From Piromyces finnis finn (lineage: Eukaryota; Fungi; Neocallimastigomycota), in NCBI GenBank assembly GCA_002104945.1, contig MCFH01000064.1, forward strand, positions 231,663 to 295,662: a stretch of 64,000 bases of DNA, in the 5' to 3' direction. A model generated the notes under the pieces. That model was not told where the DNA came from and ran no database searches. It worked only from the letters and a program-made list of their open reading frames with translations. Within the stretch, counting starts at the first letter, position 1; the number at the start of each line of letters is the position of its first letter. The translations under genes were made by a program, and so were the position numbers. Shown in pieces: positions 12,739 to 24,858 of this stretch.

Positions 12739-14417
12739 AACAGGAATTTATTTCTAATATTATAATAGTATTACTTAAAATTAATTTTATTACTAACGTA
12801 AATTATAAAATATATTTTAAAACTTCATTTTTTTGATTTCTAATTATGCTAAATTTTATCATGAATGTAGGTGACTTTTTTTACAGTATGGCTTGAATAT
12901 TATTTCAAATCATTGTTCTACAGACTATAATTCTATGTATTTATATTATTTATATTAATTTAATGTATTTGTATTAAATCTTTAGTTATATAGAAACATG
13001 CCACAACATATATAATAAATAAAAATTTTATGTATTTTAATACATATTATCTATTAGAAATAATTTATTACATTTTCTATTTTTTTGTACCAAAATTGTT
13101 TGTATATGTTTTTTAGTTGTTTATAAAACTATAAATTATGAAAAATACATTATGTATTAAATAAAATGTAATGCAAAAACTGCATTATAATCTATCCCAT
13201 TAATTTATATTTAACTAACATTTATTGTATATATAAATATTCATCATTTTATATTTTTTATTTTTTAGATTCAGCTTTACGCAGGTAGTTATGATTTTAT
13301 TATATTTTAATCCTCATATAACTTTTTTTTTTAAATTTAAGCAAAATTATGTAATTTTCATATATTTAAATATAATGAAACTGGTTTTTTTTCTAAAGAT
13401 TTTTTTTGTATTCTTTGTGGTTATGAAAAATTTTGGGCTAATTAAATATATAGTTTTATATATAGGTAGGAATATAGATATTATATGATACTTTGAAATT
13501 TACTATTTCCTTTATATCTTATTATAATCGTAACTTCCAATATTGTGCAATAAAAAAAATAATACACTAATAATTTGCTAAAAAAATTTGGTTTGCTATT
13601 AAGTTATACTATTTAGTGAATCTTCACATCAACTTTATTAAATTTATTTCTAAAAAAAAAAAAAATAAAAATCAAGTTTCAAATTAATTTATCAATAAAA
13701 GAATTATTTAATTATTTCTTATTAAGTAAGCAATGGATTAAATACATAGAATAAAAATGTATATATATATCTTTTAATAATTATAAGTTATGTTTTATTT
13801 GCCTAGTTGCTATTAATTTAAATAAAGCAAACTTCTAAAAAGTGTGTATTAATAAAGTAAATTTTAAATTCTTGTATATTCATTAACGCCGCAAGTTCTG
13901 CCGTTCAATATTTAATTTTAATTTATTTATATAATTAATAAAAACAAATTTTATTAATAGTTAAAGTTTATATTATAAATTAATAATAATGATTTTTTTT
14001 TTTTTTTACAAAAATTACCATTTAAAAATGTTGTGTAATCATAATTTAATTTTAATTATTATATAATATAAAAATGATTTTCTATTATTAGTTTTTATTG
14101 AAAATTATAGGATTAAATCATAAATTTAATTATATTTTATAATTATTTAATATAATAAAATTAATATATAATTTATATATGTTAATTTATTTAAAGCATT
14201 AAAACTATATATGTATAACAGTATTATTCAATTGATTTTATTATATTAAAAATTAAATTATTAATTTTATAAAAAAAATTATAAATATTAAGTTATATCC
14301 TTTTTTTTTTAAATAGGTTTTGCGATTTAAAGTTCATTATTGTAAATAATTGTAATATAATAAAAAAACGATAAATCAATAAAAAATTATTTATTTATTT
14401 ATTAAATCTACATAAAA

Positions 14418-14744
14418 ATGAGAATTGAAAGTGTATTTGGAATATTAGGTGCCATTAAATTAGCCTCTGCTGCATGTGGAGGTGCATGGAGTCAATGTGG
14501 TGGTAGTAATTTCCAAGGTGATAAGTGTTGTATGGATGGTTATAGTTGTAAAAAAGTCAATGATTGGTATTCATATTGTGAAAAATCTAATGATGCTCCA
14601 GTAGCTGCTGCTTCAAATAATTCAGAAAAGAAGGCAGCTTTTGGTGATAACGTTTGGGGTAATAATAATTCTTGGAATAACTGGGGAAATAATGGTAACA
14701 ATAACAATAACGCTGCTAACACATGGGGTAATTGGGGTAATTGG

Positions 14745-14783
<39 letters not shown>

Positions 14784-15701
14784 AATAATAATAATAATCC
14801 ATGGAGTAATTGGGGTAATTGGAATAACAACAACAACAATAACAATGGTTGGAATAATTGGTTTAATGCTGGAAATACAGCTGGTAATAATCAACCAGCT
14901 CAACAAAACCCAGCCCCAGCCCCAGCCCCAGTTCAACAACCAAATGAACAACCAGTCCAACAACCAGTCCAACAACCAGCTCAACCAACTACTAATGCCA
15001 ATGCCAATGTTAAATGGCCAAAGGCTGAAAAGCATATTAAATTAGATGCTCCAATTGTTGTTAAGGCTGGTGAAACATACGATGGTCTTAAGGAAAATGG
15101 TGTTTGGACTAGTTATGGTAGAGGTGTAGATGCTGGTGATTGTGTAGATATTGAAGGTAGTTATGCTGATGCCGTTTTCCATGTAGAAACTGGTGCTACC
15201 TTAAAGAATGTTATTCTTGGTAAAGATTCCATTGAACATGTTCACTGTATTGGTGATGGTTGTACTATTGAAAATGTTTGGTGGGATGATGTTTGTGAAG
15301 ATGCCTTATCTTTAAAGTACTCAACTAACCCAGATGCTAAATTCTACTTAATCGGTGGTGGTGCTAAAGATGGTTCAGATAAGATTGTCCAACACAATTC
15401 TGCTGGTACTGTTTATATTAAAAACTTCGATGTTAAGAATGCTGGTAAATTATATAGATCTTGTGGTAATTGTAAGAGTGGTTACCAAAACACTAGACAT
15501 GTTGTCATTGAAAATGTTAATGCCTCAAATGTTGGTGTTTTAGCTGGTATTAACAGTAACTATGGTGATACCGCTACTTTCAAGAATGTTAATGCCAATG
15601 GTGGTCCTGTTTGCTACTCTTTCACTGGTAATAATAATGGTAGTGAACCAAAGAAGACAGGTGAACAATGTAAGGGACAAAGCAACTGTACTTGTAAATA
15701 A
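14418..15701 (+). CDS. Secreted pectate lyase (PL3) with N-terminal CBM1 and an Asn/Trp- plus Pro/Gln-rich linker
   Basis: Signal peptide, then CBM1 (CGGAWSQCGG..FQG..CC..GYSC..VNDWYSYC). The PL3 core shows GATLKNVILG, VHC, CTIENVWWDDVCEDA, GGGAKDGSDKIVQHN and GKLYRSCGNC. Intronless. Confidence 0.95.
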
Positions 15702-16310
15702 ATTGAATAAATTTATCTAAAAAGGACGAAATAATAAATCCAATTGGAAATAAATACGGCATAAAAAATATATTTATTATATACTATCCATTTTTATTTA
15801 ATATAGTTGTAAAAACAAAAAATTATTAATATTTCTATATAGAATTATATACATGTAATGTAAATTTTTATTTTCTATTAATAAAATAAATTCTAAAAAA
15901 TAAAATATTTTTAATTTTATTCTATATTTTATTTTAATTCAAATTTGGTTAAAACTTTGATAAAATGATATTTTTTAAAGTGCAATAATTTCAAAAAAAA
16001 AAAAAAAAAAGTGTATATAAAAAGTGTATTTTTAAAAAAATGGATGATATTGGTAGGTAATCCAGAATATATATATATTTATATATATATTTTTTTCAAA
16101 AAAAAAGTTATCTTTACAATATATTTATATTAAACTATTTACTTATTATTACAACGATATCATCAACATCTTTCTTTTTAATTATTAAGGTTTTTTTTTT
16201 TTTTATAAAAAAAATTTAAAGGCTATATATAACTATAGATAGGTATATATATTACCACACAATACCAGAAAAAATAATTTATATTACACATATTACATAA
16301 TATATACAGT

Positions 16311-17270
16311 TTATTCTTTTTCATCATTTTTATGCTGTGATTCAGGTGATATCTCGGTTTTATTAGATATTATGGGATTTGAAAGTGTAGAATCTTTTTC
16401 CTTAAAAGTTGGCATATAGGTTGGATATTGACCGTAGTTTTGTTGATAATTTTGAGAAGCGTAATCTTGTGGATAGTTTTGTTGATAATTTAGAGGGTAA
16501 CCTTGATAGGTGTAATAACTTTGATCTGAGTATTGACCTTGTTGATAAGATGGAGGTATTGGCATTATACCATTATTATTAGTAGTATTGATATCATTTA
16601 AATTATTATAATTATTATTATTGCTATTATTTATATTATTATAATTATTATTAGTAAATTCTGGAAATAGTTGTCCAAATGTATTCGATGGTTTAGCATC
16701 ATCATTTAAACAATGTTGAACATATTGCCCATTTAAATATGGATTAGATCCATTTGAATTATTCGAAGTAGATTGATTATTATTTGAATTTGAAGGAAGG
16801 GTGATGGAAGTCATTTGGGGTGAACTATTTGGTGAAGGATTAGAAGTATTTAAATTATCATTATAGGGAAAATAGCCCATTTGATAATTGTTAGGAGTAT
16901 AAATTGTCTGCATTTGACCACCATTATTTTGTGAATATGAATTTTGGAATTGATAGTCATTTTGCATATCAGTAGTTTGATTTTCATTATTGAAAGGGTA
17001 AGGAGTAACTGTATTATTTGCATTTTGTTTTGTTTTGGCACATTGAGAGCAACAATATAAAATACCAAACATGATGATAACAAAAACAATAATAGCAAAA
17101 ATAGCACTAAAAGCTTTTCCTTTACCTCTTTTTTCCAAATGAACAAAGTGGGATGGTGCTATTTCATGATTATAATTTAAATCTTTACTATTAATGACAT
17201 TTTCATCATCAATTTCCTTAAAAAAATTATTTATAACAAGATTAATTAAAAAGTATTGAATATTATCCAT
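16311..17270 (-). CDS. Single-pass membrane protein without signal peptide (array gene A)
   Basis: 319 aa. LEKR motif, then TM (AFSAIFAIIVFVIIMFGILY), then CCSQC and an N/Q/Y/P-rich tail containing PPSY. A-rich start context. Confidence 0.8.
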   Translation of the reverse strand: MDNIQYFLINLVINNFFKEIDDENVINSKDLNYNHEIAPSHFVHLEKRGKGKAFSAIFAIIVFVIIMFGILYCCSQCAKTKQNANNTVTPYPFNNENQTTDMQNDYQFQNSYSQNNGGQMQTIYTPNNYQMGYFPYNDNLNTSNPSPNSSPQMTSITLPSNSNNNQSTSNNSNGSNPYLNGQYVQHCLNDDAKPSNTFGQLFPEFTNNNYNNINNSNNNNYNNLNDINTTNNNGIMPIPPSYQQGQYSDQSYYTYQGYPLNYQQNYPQDYASQNYQQNYGQYPTYMPTFKEKDSTLSNPIISNKTEISPESQHKNDEKE

Positions 17271-17811
17271 TTTTTTTTTATTCTACTTTTTTTTTTTTTT
17301 TTGTTAAATATTAATAGTATATAATATATATAATATTCTTTTTTATATCTACTTCACGATATTTAAACTCTATTGAAATAAGATAAAATCTACAAAAAAA
17401 ATATATATATATTTAAGATATTTTATTAATTTTTATATTTTATTTTATTTAAAGAAATGAAGGATATCTAAGGATATCTAAATATGATAATAATGTATAT
17501 TTAAATATAAATTACATGTTATATTAATGGAAACATTATATTAAAGTTAAATAGTAATTTTAATTTTATTCCATATAATATTTTTAAAATTAAAAGAAAA
17601 ATAAGTTTTAGATTTTATATATATAAATACTTTTTTTTTTTTAGAAAAAAAAAAAAAAAAGACAAAAAAAAAAATAATAATAATTAGTTACACATATTTA
17701 TTATATTAGGATAAATATAATATATATATAATAAAAAAGTATACAGTCAAAATATTATCTTTAGATACTTTTTTATTATTTAAAATTTTATTTTTTTTAT
17801 AAGAGTTAAAT

Positions 17812-18732
17812 TTATTTATTTTCATTTTCGTTTGAACTATTTTTTGTGTTATTATTTTCTTGATTTGTTTTATCTTTATTATTAGTTTTTGATGTTTGAT
17901 TGGCTTCTGGAGATGTGGATGGAGGTGAGGATGAGGATGTTTGTTGTAAATTTGATTTAAAGGAGGAGGAAGAACTATCACATTGATGATTAACCATGTG
18001 TTGTGGTGGTGGTGGTGGTTTTGAAAAAAATGGACTAGGATAATTTTGAGAAGGGAAAAATCCTGGTGGAGGATACATAGCAGGTGAAGGTGGATCATTT
18101 CTATTTGATGTATTAAAACTATTAGGTCTTTTTGAGTGATACTGTAGAGGTGGAAAAATACAGTCATTTGATGGTATTACAATTTGGGTCATTTGTACAG
18201 GTACAGAATAAGTTTGAATTGAAGTATTCATTGTTTTAATTATGGATGGGTCATCATAAATATTTACATCATTTAATTGGTTATAGGCTTGCTGAGAATA
18301 AGCTATTGAATTTTTTAAAGTGTCCTCGGATGAATTATTGTCCAATTGACATTCAACAATATTATTTCTTTTATAATCACGATATTTTATAATTAATAAG
18401 ATTAAAAAAGTGATGGAATATATGAAAATAGCTAATAAAGCAAATGATGCTAATCCCACTAAAACCAATCCCACGACACTATCCTTCAAGGTAAAAATCA
18501 TAAGACATATAAGACCAGCAAATAAAATAATGGAAATAAAACTGAGGACACTTAATCCAATAATACCAATTTTATGGTTTTTTTTAGGTGTAGGTATATA
18601 TTTCATTTTACATTTTTGATTTTGATTTGGTATCAAATTTGCATTTGAAATGTATGGATTAGTATTTAAATACATTATTTGTTGATTATTCCTACAGGTA
18701 TAATCCATTGTTTTATCAGGAGGAGGGTTCAT
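17812..18732 (-). CDS. Two-TM membrane protein with Pro-rich tail (array gene B)
   Basis: 306 aa. Two adjacent hydrophobic helices (IGIIGLSVLSFISIILFAGLICLMIF; VVGLVLVGLASFALLAIFIYSITFLILLII), followed by KYRDYKR and a PPP-rich tail. Confidence 0.8.
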   Translation of the reverse strand: MNPPPDKTMDYTCRNNQQIMYLNTNPYISNANLIPNQNQKCKMKYIPTPKKNHKIGIIGLSVLSFISIILFAGLICLMIFTLKDSVVGLVLVGLASFALLAIFIYSITFLILLIIKYRDYKRNNIVECQLDNNSSEDTLKNSIAYSQQAYNQLNDVNIYDDPSIIKTMNTSIQTYSVPVQMTQIVIPSNDCIFPPLQYHSKRPNSFNTSNRNDPPSPAMYPPPGFFPSQNYPSPFFSKPPPPPQHMVNHQCDSSSSSFKSNLQQTSSSSPPSTSPEANQTSKTNNKDKTNQENNNTKNSSNENENK

Positions 18733-18867
18733 AACAATGAATTATAATTTTGTTTTGATCTTTTTTTCTTTTTCTTTTTCTTTTCTTTTCTTTTTTTTTA
18801 TATTTTTTAATAATAATTTTATATTTGTTTTATTACTTTATATATTTTAGTTTGATAAATTTATTTG

Positions 18868-18909
<42 letters not shown>

Positions 18910-19994
18910 CGTTGTTGTTATTGTTGTTATTATTTTTTAACAAAATATTGATATTATATTTTTTTTTTTTTTAAAAAAAAAAAAAGTATAAATAATAATT
19001 TAATTATTTCAAATTTAAAAATATTGATATTGATATATTTAATAGTAGAAAAAGTTTAAACATAAATATATGATAAATATTGATTCCATATAAGATATAT
19101 ATAAAAAATTAAACTTTGTATTCTAAAAATTGACTTTTATTATTATTATTATTATTATTATTAAATATATATAATATATATTATAATATATATTATATAA
19201 TTTTTTTTTTAAAATTTAAAAACTAGTTGGTACTGATTATTATTTTAGTAGGAAAAAGAAGAGAATATTTTAAAATTTTTAATAAAAAACTATTCTCTTG
19301 ATCTCTAGCTTAATAATGATAATAATAGTAAATAAAAAAAAAATAGGATAAATAGAAATGAGATGAAAATCATATATTTTAATTTGCATTAAGATGCTTT
19401 TTTTTAATATTTTAATAGTTAGATTAAAGAAAAGAAAATAATAAAAAAATATCATAAATTAAAAAAAAAAAAAGAAAAACAAACTTTTATTATACTATTT
19501 ATTTTCTCAATTATTATATTTTTATTTTTATTTTTTTTTTCATCAAAGTTTATGAATAATTAAAAGTAATTTACATATTTAAAAATCTTTATTTAAATTT
19601 TGATTTTTTTTTTTTTAGTACATATTAAATTTTGCTTTATAATATTTGTAAATTACATGTTAATTTATGTTATTTTACTTTCCCAATTGATATAGAGGAC
19701 ATATATAATATAGATATAAAAAAAATAGAGAGTAATAAAAAAATGAATTATAGATACAATAAATGAATGAAAAATATATATATTTATTTCTAATATAGTC
19801 AGCTAATAATTGTATAATAATTTTATGTATTAATGAAGTTATAAACATAAAGAATGAAAAATTAAAAAAAAAAAAATTGAATGCATATATATTATTAAGT
19901 AGTATTAGTAATTGTAATATTATGCATATATATGAAAAAAAGAATAATTTTATAATTGATGAAGGTGTTATTAAATTTTGATATTAGGTTTTTT

Positions 19995-20702
19995 TTAAGC
20001 TGTATTTTTAGTAACTTCAGTTGAAGTAATATCAGTGTTCGCAGGTGTATCGGATGTATTATTTTTATTATTATCATTTGAAGTATTTTCATCTTCATTA
20101 TGAAAATTTGGTTGCATAGGGAATGAAGAAGAAGGCATATTATTTTGTGACGGGTGATTATTATTGGATGTTGAATTAAAATTTGATGGTGGATGAATGC
20201 GATGAGGAGGAGGGCATTCAGGGCGTGAATATTGATGTCTAGAAGATTGATAAAAAGGTGCATAATAATAAAATTGAGGATATGTTTGTCTACCTCGACC
20301 ATAGGTACTTTGGGGACCATGAGGGGCAAAACTTGGAGGTGGTGGTGGATAATAACCGGATGGTGGAGGATAGTAATAACCATGCTGGAAAGGGTATTTT
20401 TGTTGTCTGATACAATTTCCTGCTGTTTGTTCTAATGGAGTTTCATATTCCGTGTGAATATCATCATCATCATCAATTTCTATATCAATTCTATTTTTCC
20501 TTCTTCTACAACATCCAATAATCAATACTACGAATAAATATAAAATAAAAGAAAAAACTAAAACCCCAAAAATACATACTGTAATTAATCCAAATAAACT
20601 TATATCTTCATTTCTACAATGATAATAACAGCTTCTCTTACTGATACGAGAAGTAATTTTTGAAGAAAAATTTGAGAAGTTCTCATTATTAATTAAAGTC
20701 AT
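19995..20702 (-). CDS. Single-pass membrane protein (array gene C)
   Basis: 235 aa. ISKR motif, TM, then GCCRRRKNRIDIEIDD and a tail containing YYYPPPSGYYPPPPP. Confidence 0.8.
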   Translation of the reverse strand: MTLINNENFSNFSSKITSRISKRSCYYHCRNEDISLFGLITVCIFGVLVFSFILYLFVVLIIGCCRRRKNRIDIEIDDDDDIHTEYETPLEQTAGNCIRQQKYPFQHGYYYPPPSGYYPPPPPSFAPHGPQSTYGRGRQTYPQFYYYAPFYQSSRHQYSRPECPPPHRIHPPSNFNSTSNNNHPSQNNMPSSSFPMQPNFHNEDENTSNDNNKNNTSDTPANTDITSTEVTKNTA

Positions 20703-21607
20703 TTTCTTTATTTTTTTCTCTATGATATCATGAATTATATTTTAGTGTATAAATTATTTTTTATTTTATTTTAACTTATTCAAAGGAATAGTCTCAATAT
20801 TTAATGAAAAAAAAAAAAAGAGAGAAAAACCAAACCAATAACTCTAAATAGAGCAATTTTTTTTTTTTTTTTTTGAAGCATATTAAAATAAAATATATAT
20901 TATTTTATTTTAATTAATTACCGTTTATAAACTTTAATTATTATATTTTCACTTTATTAACGGAAAATTTATAAAATTTTAATTATCTTTAAAGTAAAAT
21001 TAAAAATAAAAAATTATTAATTTATATCATATCACATAATACTTTATTGCTTATAATATACATTATATTTTAGTATAATAGATTATTTATACCATTTAGT
21101 ATTAACATATATGTATTTTATGTTTATATTTTAAAACAAATTTATTGCTTTTTTTATTATTATTGAAAATTTTTGTAATTAAAAATGGTACATTTAATAT
21201 TCATTTCACATTAATTATGAATTATTGATATGCTTATAATTAGTTTTTATAATAATAATATTAATAATAATAATAACAATAATAATAATGATAATGATAG
21301 AAATAAAAAAATATTTATATTTTTGATATATAAATTTTTAATAAAAATAAATATGAATTATCCATATGATGTATTAATATATAAAAAAAATCCTTTTTTT
21401 TTTTATTATTATTTGTTATGATAGATTTTACATTTATATATGTATTATCAATTTTGTATATATTTTAGTGCAAATGTAAGCAAGAAAAAGAAAAAATTGT
21501 AAAAAAGTTGTTATAATAGTAATATGAATATGCCTTTTTTTTTTTTTTTTTGGAAATATGTGTTATTTTTCTTTTTTTTTTTTTTTTTATTGAAATGAAA
21601 ATGAAAT

Positions 21608-22480
21608 TTAAGAGTAATAATTTGATCGTTGTGGTTGAACAAAACTAGAAGCTCTTTTATTTGATGTATGTGTACTAGGAGGAGGAATGGTCATACTATT
21701 AATACTTTTATAAAATGGTGTTGAAAAGGAATGACGTAAACCTTTATTTTGATTATAACTTTGATTAGGAGGATATAATTGAGATTGATAAATGGAACCT
21801 GAATAATACTTTTGAAATTTAGAATTTGTAATACTGGGATTATTAAATGAATTATATGGTGTATAAATACTAGTATTACTCATAATAAAACTTGGACTAT
21901 GAGATGTGGGTTGAAATGTAGTACCATTATTCATAATAAAACTTGGACTATGAGTTGTGGGTTGAATTGTAGTACCATTATTCATAATAAAACTTGGACT
22001 ATGAGATGTAGGTTGAATTGTAGTACCATTATTCATAACAAAGCTAGGACTATGAGATATTGGTTCACTTTGAGGATATAATATACTTGTTTGTCTTGAT
22101 GAACCAATGGAATAAGGATTGATAATATTACCAGCATCCTCTACTTCATCTATTTCAATACCAATTGTATCTCCTTTCATTTTCTTTTTTCTTCCAATGA
22201 ACGAAGTCACAATATATAAAACAAAAATTCCAATAATCAAGACAATGATAACGATAAATATTATGATGATAATATTACGAAGTTCATTTCTTTTTGCTGA
22301 TGAAGATGTTGCATTGGAACCATTTCTTTTATAAATATTAATGGTTGAAGTTGAATCAAAACGAATATTTGAATTATCGATATAATTTAAATATTCATTT
22401 TTAATGGACTGTAGATATTGATCTTTATTTCTCTTAATATATTTATATAAATCCACCATACTATATTTCAAAATATTCAT
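21608..22480 (-). CDS. Single-pass membrane protein with 17-aa tandem repeats (array gene D)
   Basis: 290 aa. IYKR motif, Ile-rich TM, then RKKKMKGDTIGIEIDE. Tail carries three copies plus one partial copy of SHSPSF(I/V)MNNGTTIQPT. Confidence 0.82.
   Translation of the reverse strand: MNILKYSMVDLYKYIKRNKDQYLQSIKNEYLNYIDNSNIRFDSTSTINIYKRNGSNATSSSAKRNELRNIIIIIFIVIIVLIIGIFVLYIVTSFIGRKKKMKGDTIGIEIDEVEDAGNIINPYSIGSSRQTSILYPQSEPISHSPSFVMNNGTTIQPTSHSPSFIMNNGTTIQPTTHSPSFIMNNGTTFQPTSHSPSFIMSNTSIYTPYNSFNNPSITNSKFQKYYSGSIYQSQLYPPNQSYNQNKGLRHSFSTPFYKSINSMTIPPPSTHTSNKRASSFVQPQRSNYYS
21868..22062 (-). repeat. Coding tandem repeat, 51-bp unit, ~3.5 copies
   Basis: The block gtagtaccattattcataataaaacttggactatgag recurs at 51-bp spacing and encodes the SHSPSF..NNGTT.QPT repeat. 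Confidence 0.9.
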
Positions 22481-23342
22481 TTTTTTTATATATTGATATT
22501 GGTCATAGAGAGTTAATGTTACAATTTTTATTTCTTTTTAAAAATTTTTCTTCATTAATATTAAGCTTTTTTTTTAAAAAAAAATAAAAGACGTGTATAT
22601 GAGTAAATAATTACATGGAAAATAAGATTAAGTAAAAAGGTATTATAAATTTTTTTTTTTAAAAAAATAGTAATGAATAAAAATAAAAATAAAATTAAAA
22701 AAATGTAAACTTTAATTATTAAAAAATTTATACATTTGATTTGTACCTTGAAAACTTTGATTTAATTTTTTTTTTTTTTATTTATTTTATTTTATACTTT
22801 ATTAATATAATATTTATTTGTTTAATAAAAATAATGTATATTTTTATTTTTTTTCTTTATTAATATGATGTATTTTTTTTAGAATTAAGTTTTCTTTCTT
22901 TTCTTTTTTTTTTTTTTTTTTTTGTTTAAAAAATCATTTTATTTTTGGAAAATTAAAATAAAAAATATAAACATTTTATTATATAGCTATCATTTTAAAA
23001 AATAGTTATATTTATATAATAATTATTTTAATTGTAGTTGTTGTTTTTATTATTTGGTTAAAGTTTATTTAATTTATAAAAAAAATGAATTGTTAAACAT
23101 TTTTATATTATATAATCAGAATTTATTAAATAAATTATCCTTTTATTTTCTTATTTATAATATATAATAATTTTATTATACTACTATTGCATTTTAAAGT
23201 TAATTATTTTATTGTATAACCTTGTATTTATTACAACATCATCCATTTTGTATATGAATGTACCATTTTTAAATGTATATTAAAAACAAAATAAAATATA
23301 GTTAATAAATATCTAAAAGTATTTTTTTTTTATATCAAATTA

Positions 23343-24038
23343 TTATTTTGGTTGTGGCATATTTGTTATAGTATCTGAATCTAATATTTTGTTGGTTTCT
23401 AAATTTGTTAAATTAGGTACATGAGTTGATTGATTTATTTTCATAAAATTTTCATCAAATTTGTTTTCTTTATCTTTTGGTTGTGGCATACTTGTTATAT
23501 TTTCAGGGTTAACTGAGTCATTCATTTCTAATTTTGTAAGATTAGGAATGTTAGTAGGTACATTATCATAGGATTGAAAATTATTATTTTGTATAAAAGA
23601 ATTTTGTGGATATTGAAGATTTGTATTTTGTTGGTAACTATTGTCATTATTTATTACAATATCGTTTAGCTTATTAGTTTCCTCTGTATCTTCGATATCA
23701 ATAGTATTTGATTTTTTCTTTTTTTGCTTTATATACCATATCAATACAAAAATAATTATGATGACTACAATTATAGCTACAGCTATTAGTATTCCGGTAA
23801 TACCTCCTCCTGATTTATTTTTATTTTTATTATTAGTTTTATATATTTTACTACTATTGAGTTTTGAAGTTTTTTTTCCGCTTGATTTTGAAGATTTCGA
23901 GGAAGAAGAAGATTTTGAGGAAGAAGAAGATTTTGAAGATCCTTTTGGAATTCTTTTAAATAATTTATTTTTTTTAGTATCATTATCACCATCATTATAA
24001 AGGTATACTTTATTATTATAATAGTCTATAAATTCCAT
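23343..24038 (-). CDS. Single-pass membrane protein with Ser/Lys-rich ectodomain (array gene E)
   Basis: First ATG is at 24038 (the track started at a TTG at 24062). MEFIDYY...LFKR, then an S/K-rich stretch, GGGITG, TM and KQKKKKSNTIDIED. The tail contains two copies of PNLTxLExN...ITxMPQPK. Confidence 0.8.
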   Translation of the reverse strand: MEFIDYYNNKVYLYNDGDNDTKKNKLFKRIPKGSSKSSSSSKSSSSSKSSKSSGKKTSKLNSSKIYKTNNKNKNKSGGGITGILIAVAIIVVIIIIFVLIWYIKQKKKKSNTIDIEDTEETNKLNDIVINNDNSYQQNTNLQYPQNSFIQNNNFQSYDNVPTNIPNLTKLEMNDSVNPENITSMPQPKDKENKFDENFMKINQSTHVPNLTNLETNKILDSDTITNMPQPK

Positions 24039-24751
24039 GCTGTATGTATAAATCAATGCCAATGAAAGTTTTGATTTTAATAATAATAATGATGTTGAAT
24101 TTTTTCTTCTAATATTTTCTAATATATATATTTTATACTTTTTTTTTTCTGAATATTTAATAATTTTTCAATTTATGACTATCTTTTATTATAAGTAAAT
24201 TCTTTTTTTTTTTTTTTTTTAAATAAAAATTCTCCCTTTAGTATAGTTAGCTATAAATGATTCTCTGTACAATGAATATTTTTTCTATTATTGCGTTACA
24301 TCATCAGTTATAAAATAGACCTATTTTTTATATATAATAAAAACTATTAAAATAAAAAAAAAGTGTAATAAAAAAGGTATTAAATATTTTAAAAGGAAAA
24401 AAAAAAAGATGCCATAGATACAATTCTTTAATAATTGATAAAATAAACTTTTTATAATTGAATATATATTAAAATCTTGATTTATACGATGAAATTTCTG
24501 TTATATATGTATGTGGTTAGGCTATATTTTTATTTTTAAGAATAAAAAATTGATTTACCATATAAATAATTAACTTTTGTTTAAAATAATATTTCAAAGT
24601 AGTAAATTATTTTTTTTATTAATTATTATATATATATATATATCTACATTAAACAATACTTTACCTAAAAATTCATATCCTTATTTTTATAGAATAAAAC
24701 CTTTGAGAATTCATACTACTTTATTAAAATTCAAATACCATTTCCATTATT

Positions 24752-24773
24752 TTATTATTATTATTATTATTAT

Positions 24774-24857
<84 letters not shown>
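24752..24857. repeat. (TTA)8(TAA)n microsatellite forming a spacerless palindrome
   Basis: A TTA run at 24752-24775 directly abuts a TAA run starting at 24776. Confidence 0.9.

Positions 24858-24858
<1 letters not shown>

Noticed and set aside
14540-15045. Poly-L, poly-V and poly-T ORFs over the PL3 linker
   Set aside because: Alternate frames of (AAC/AAT)n coding repeats.
24039-24062. TTG-initiated extension of gene E as a possible signal peptide
   Set aside because: No upstream in-frame ATG was found in the stretch examined; the first ATG is at 24038.
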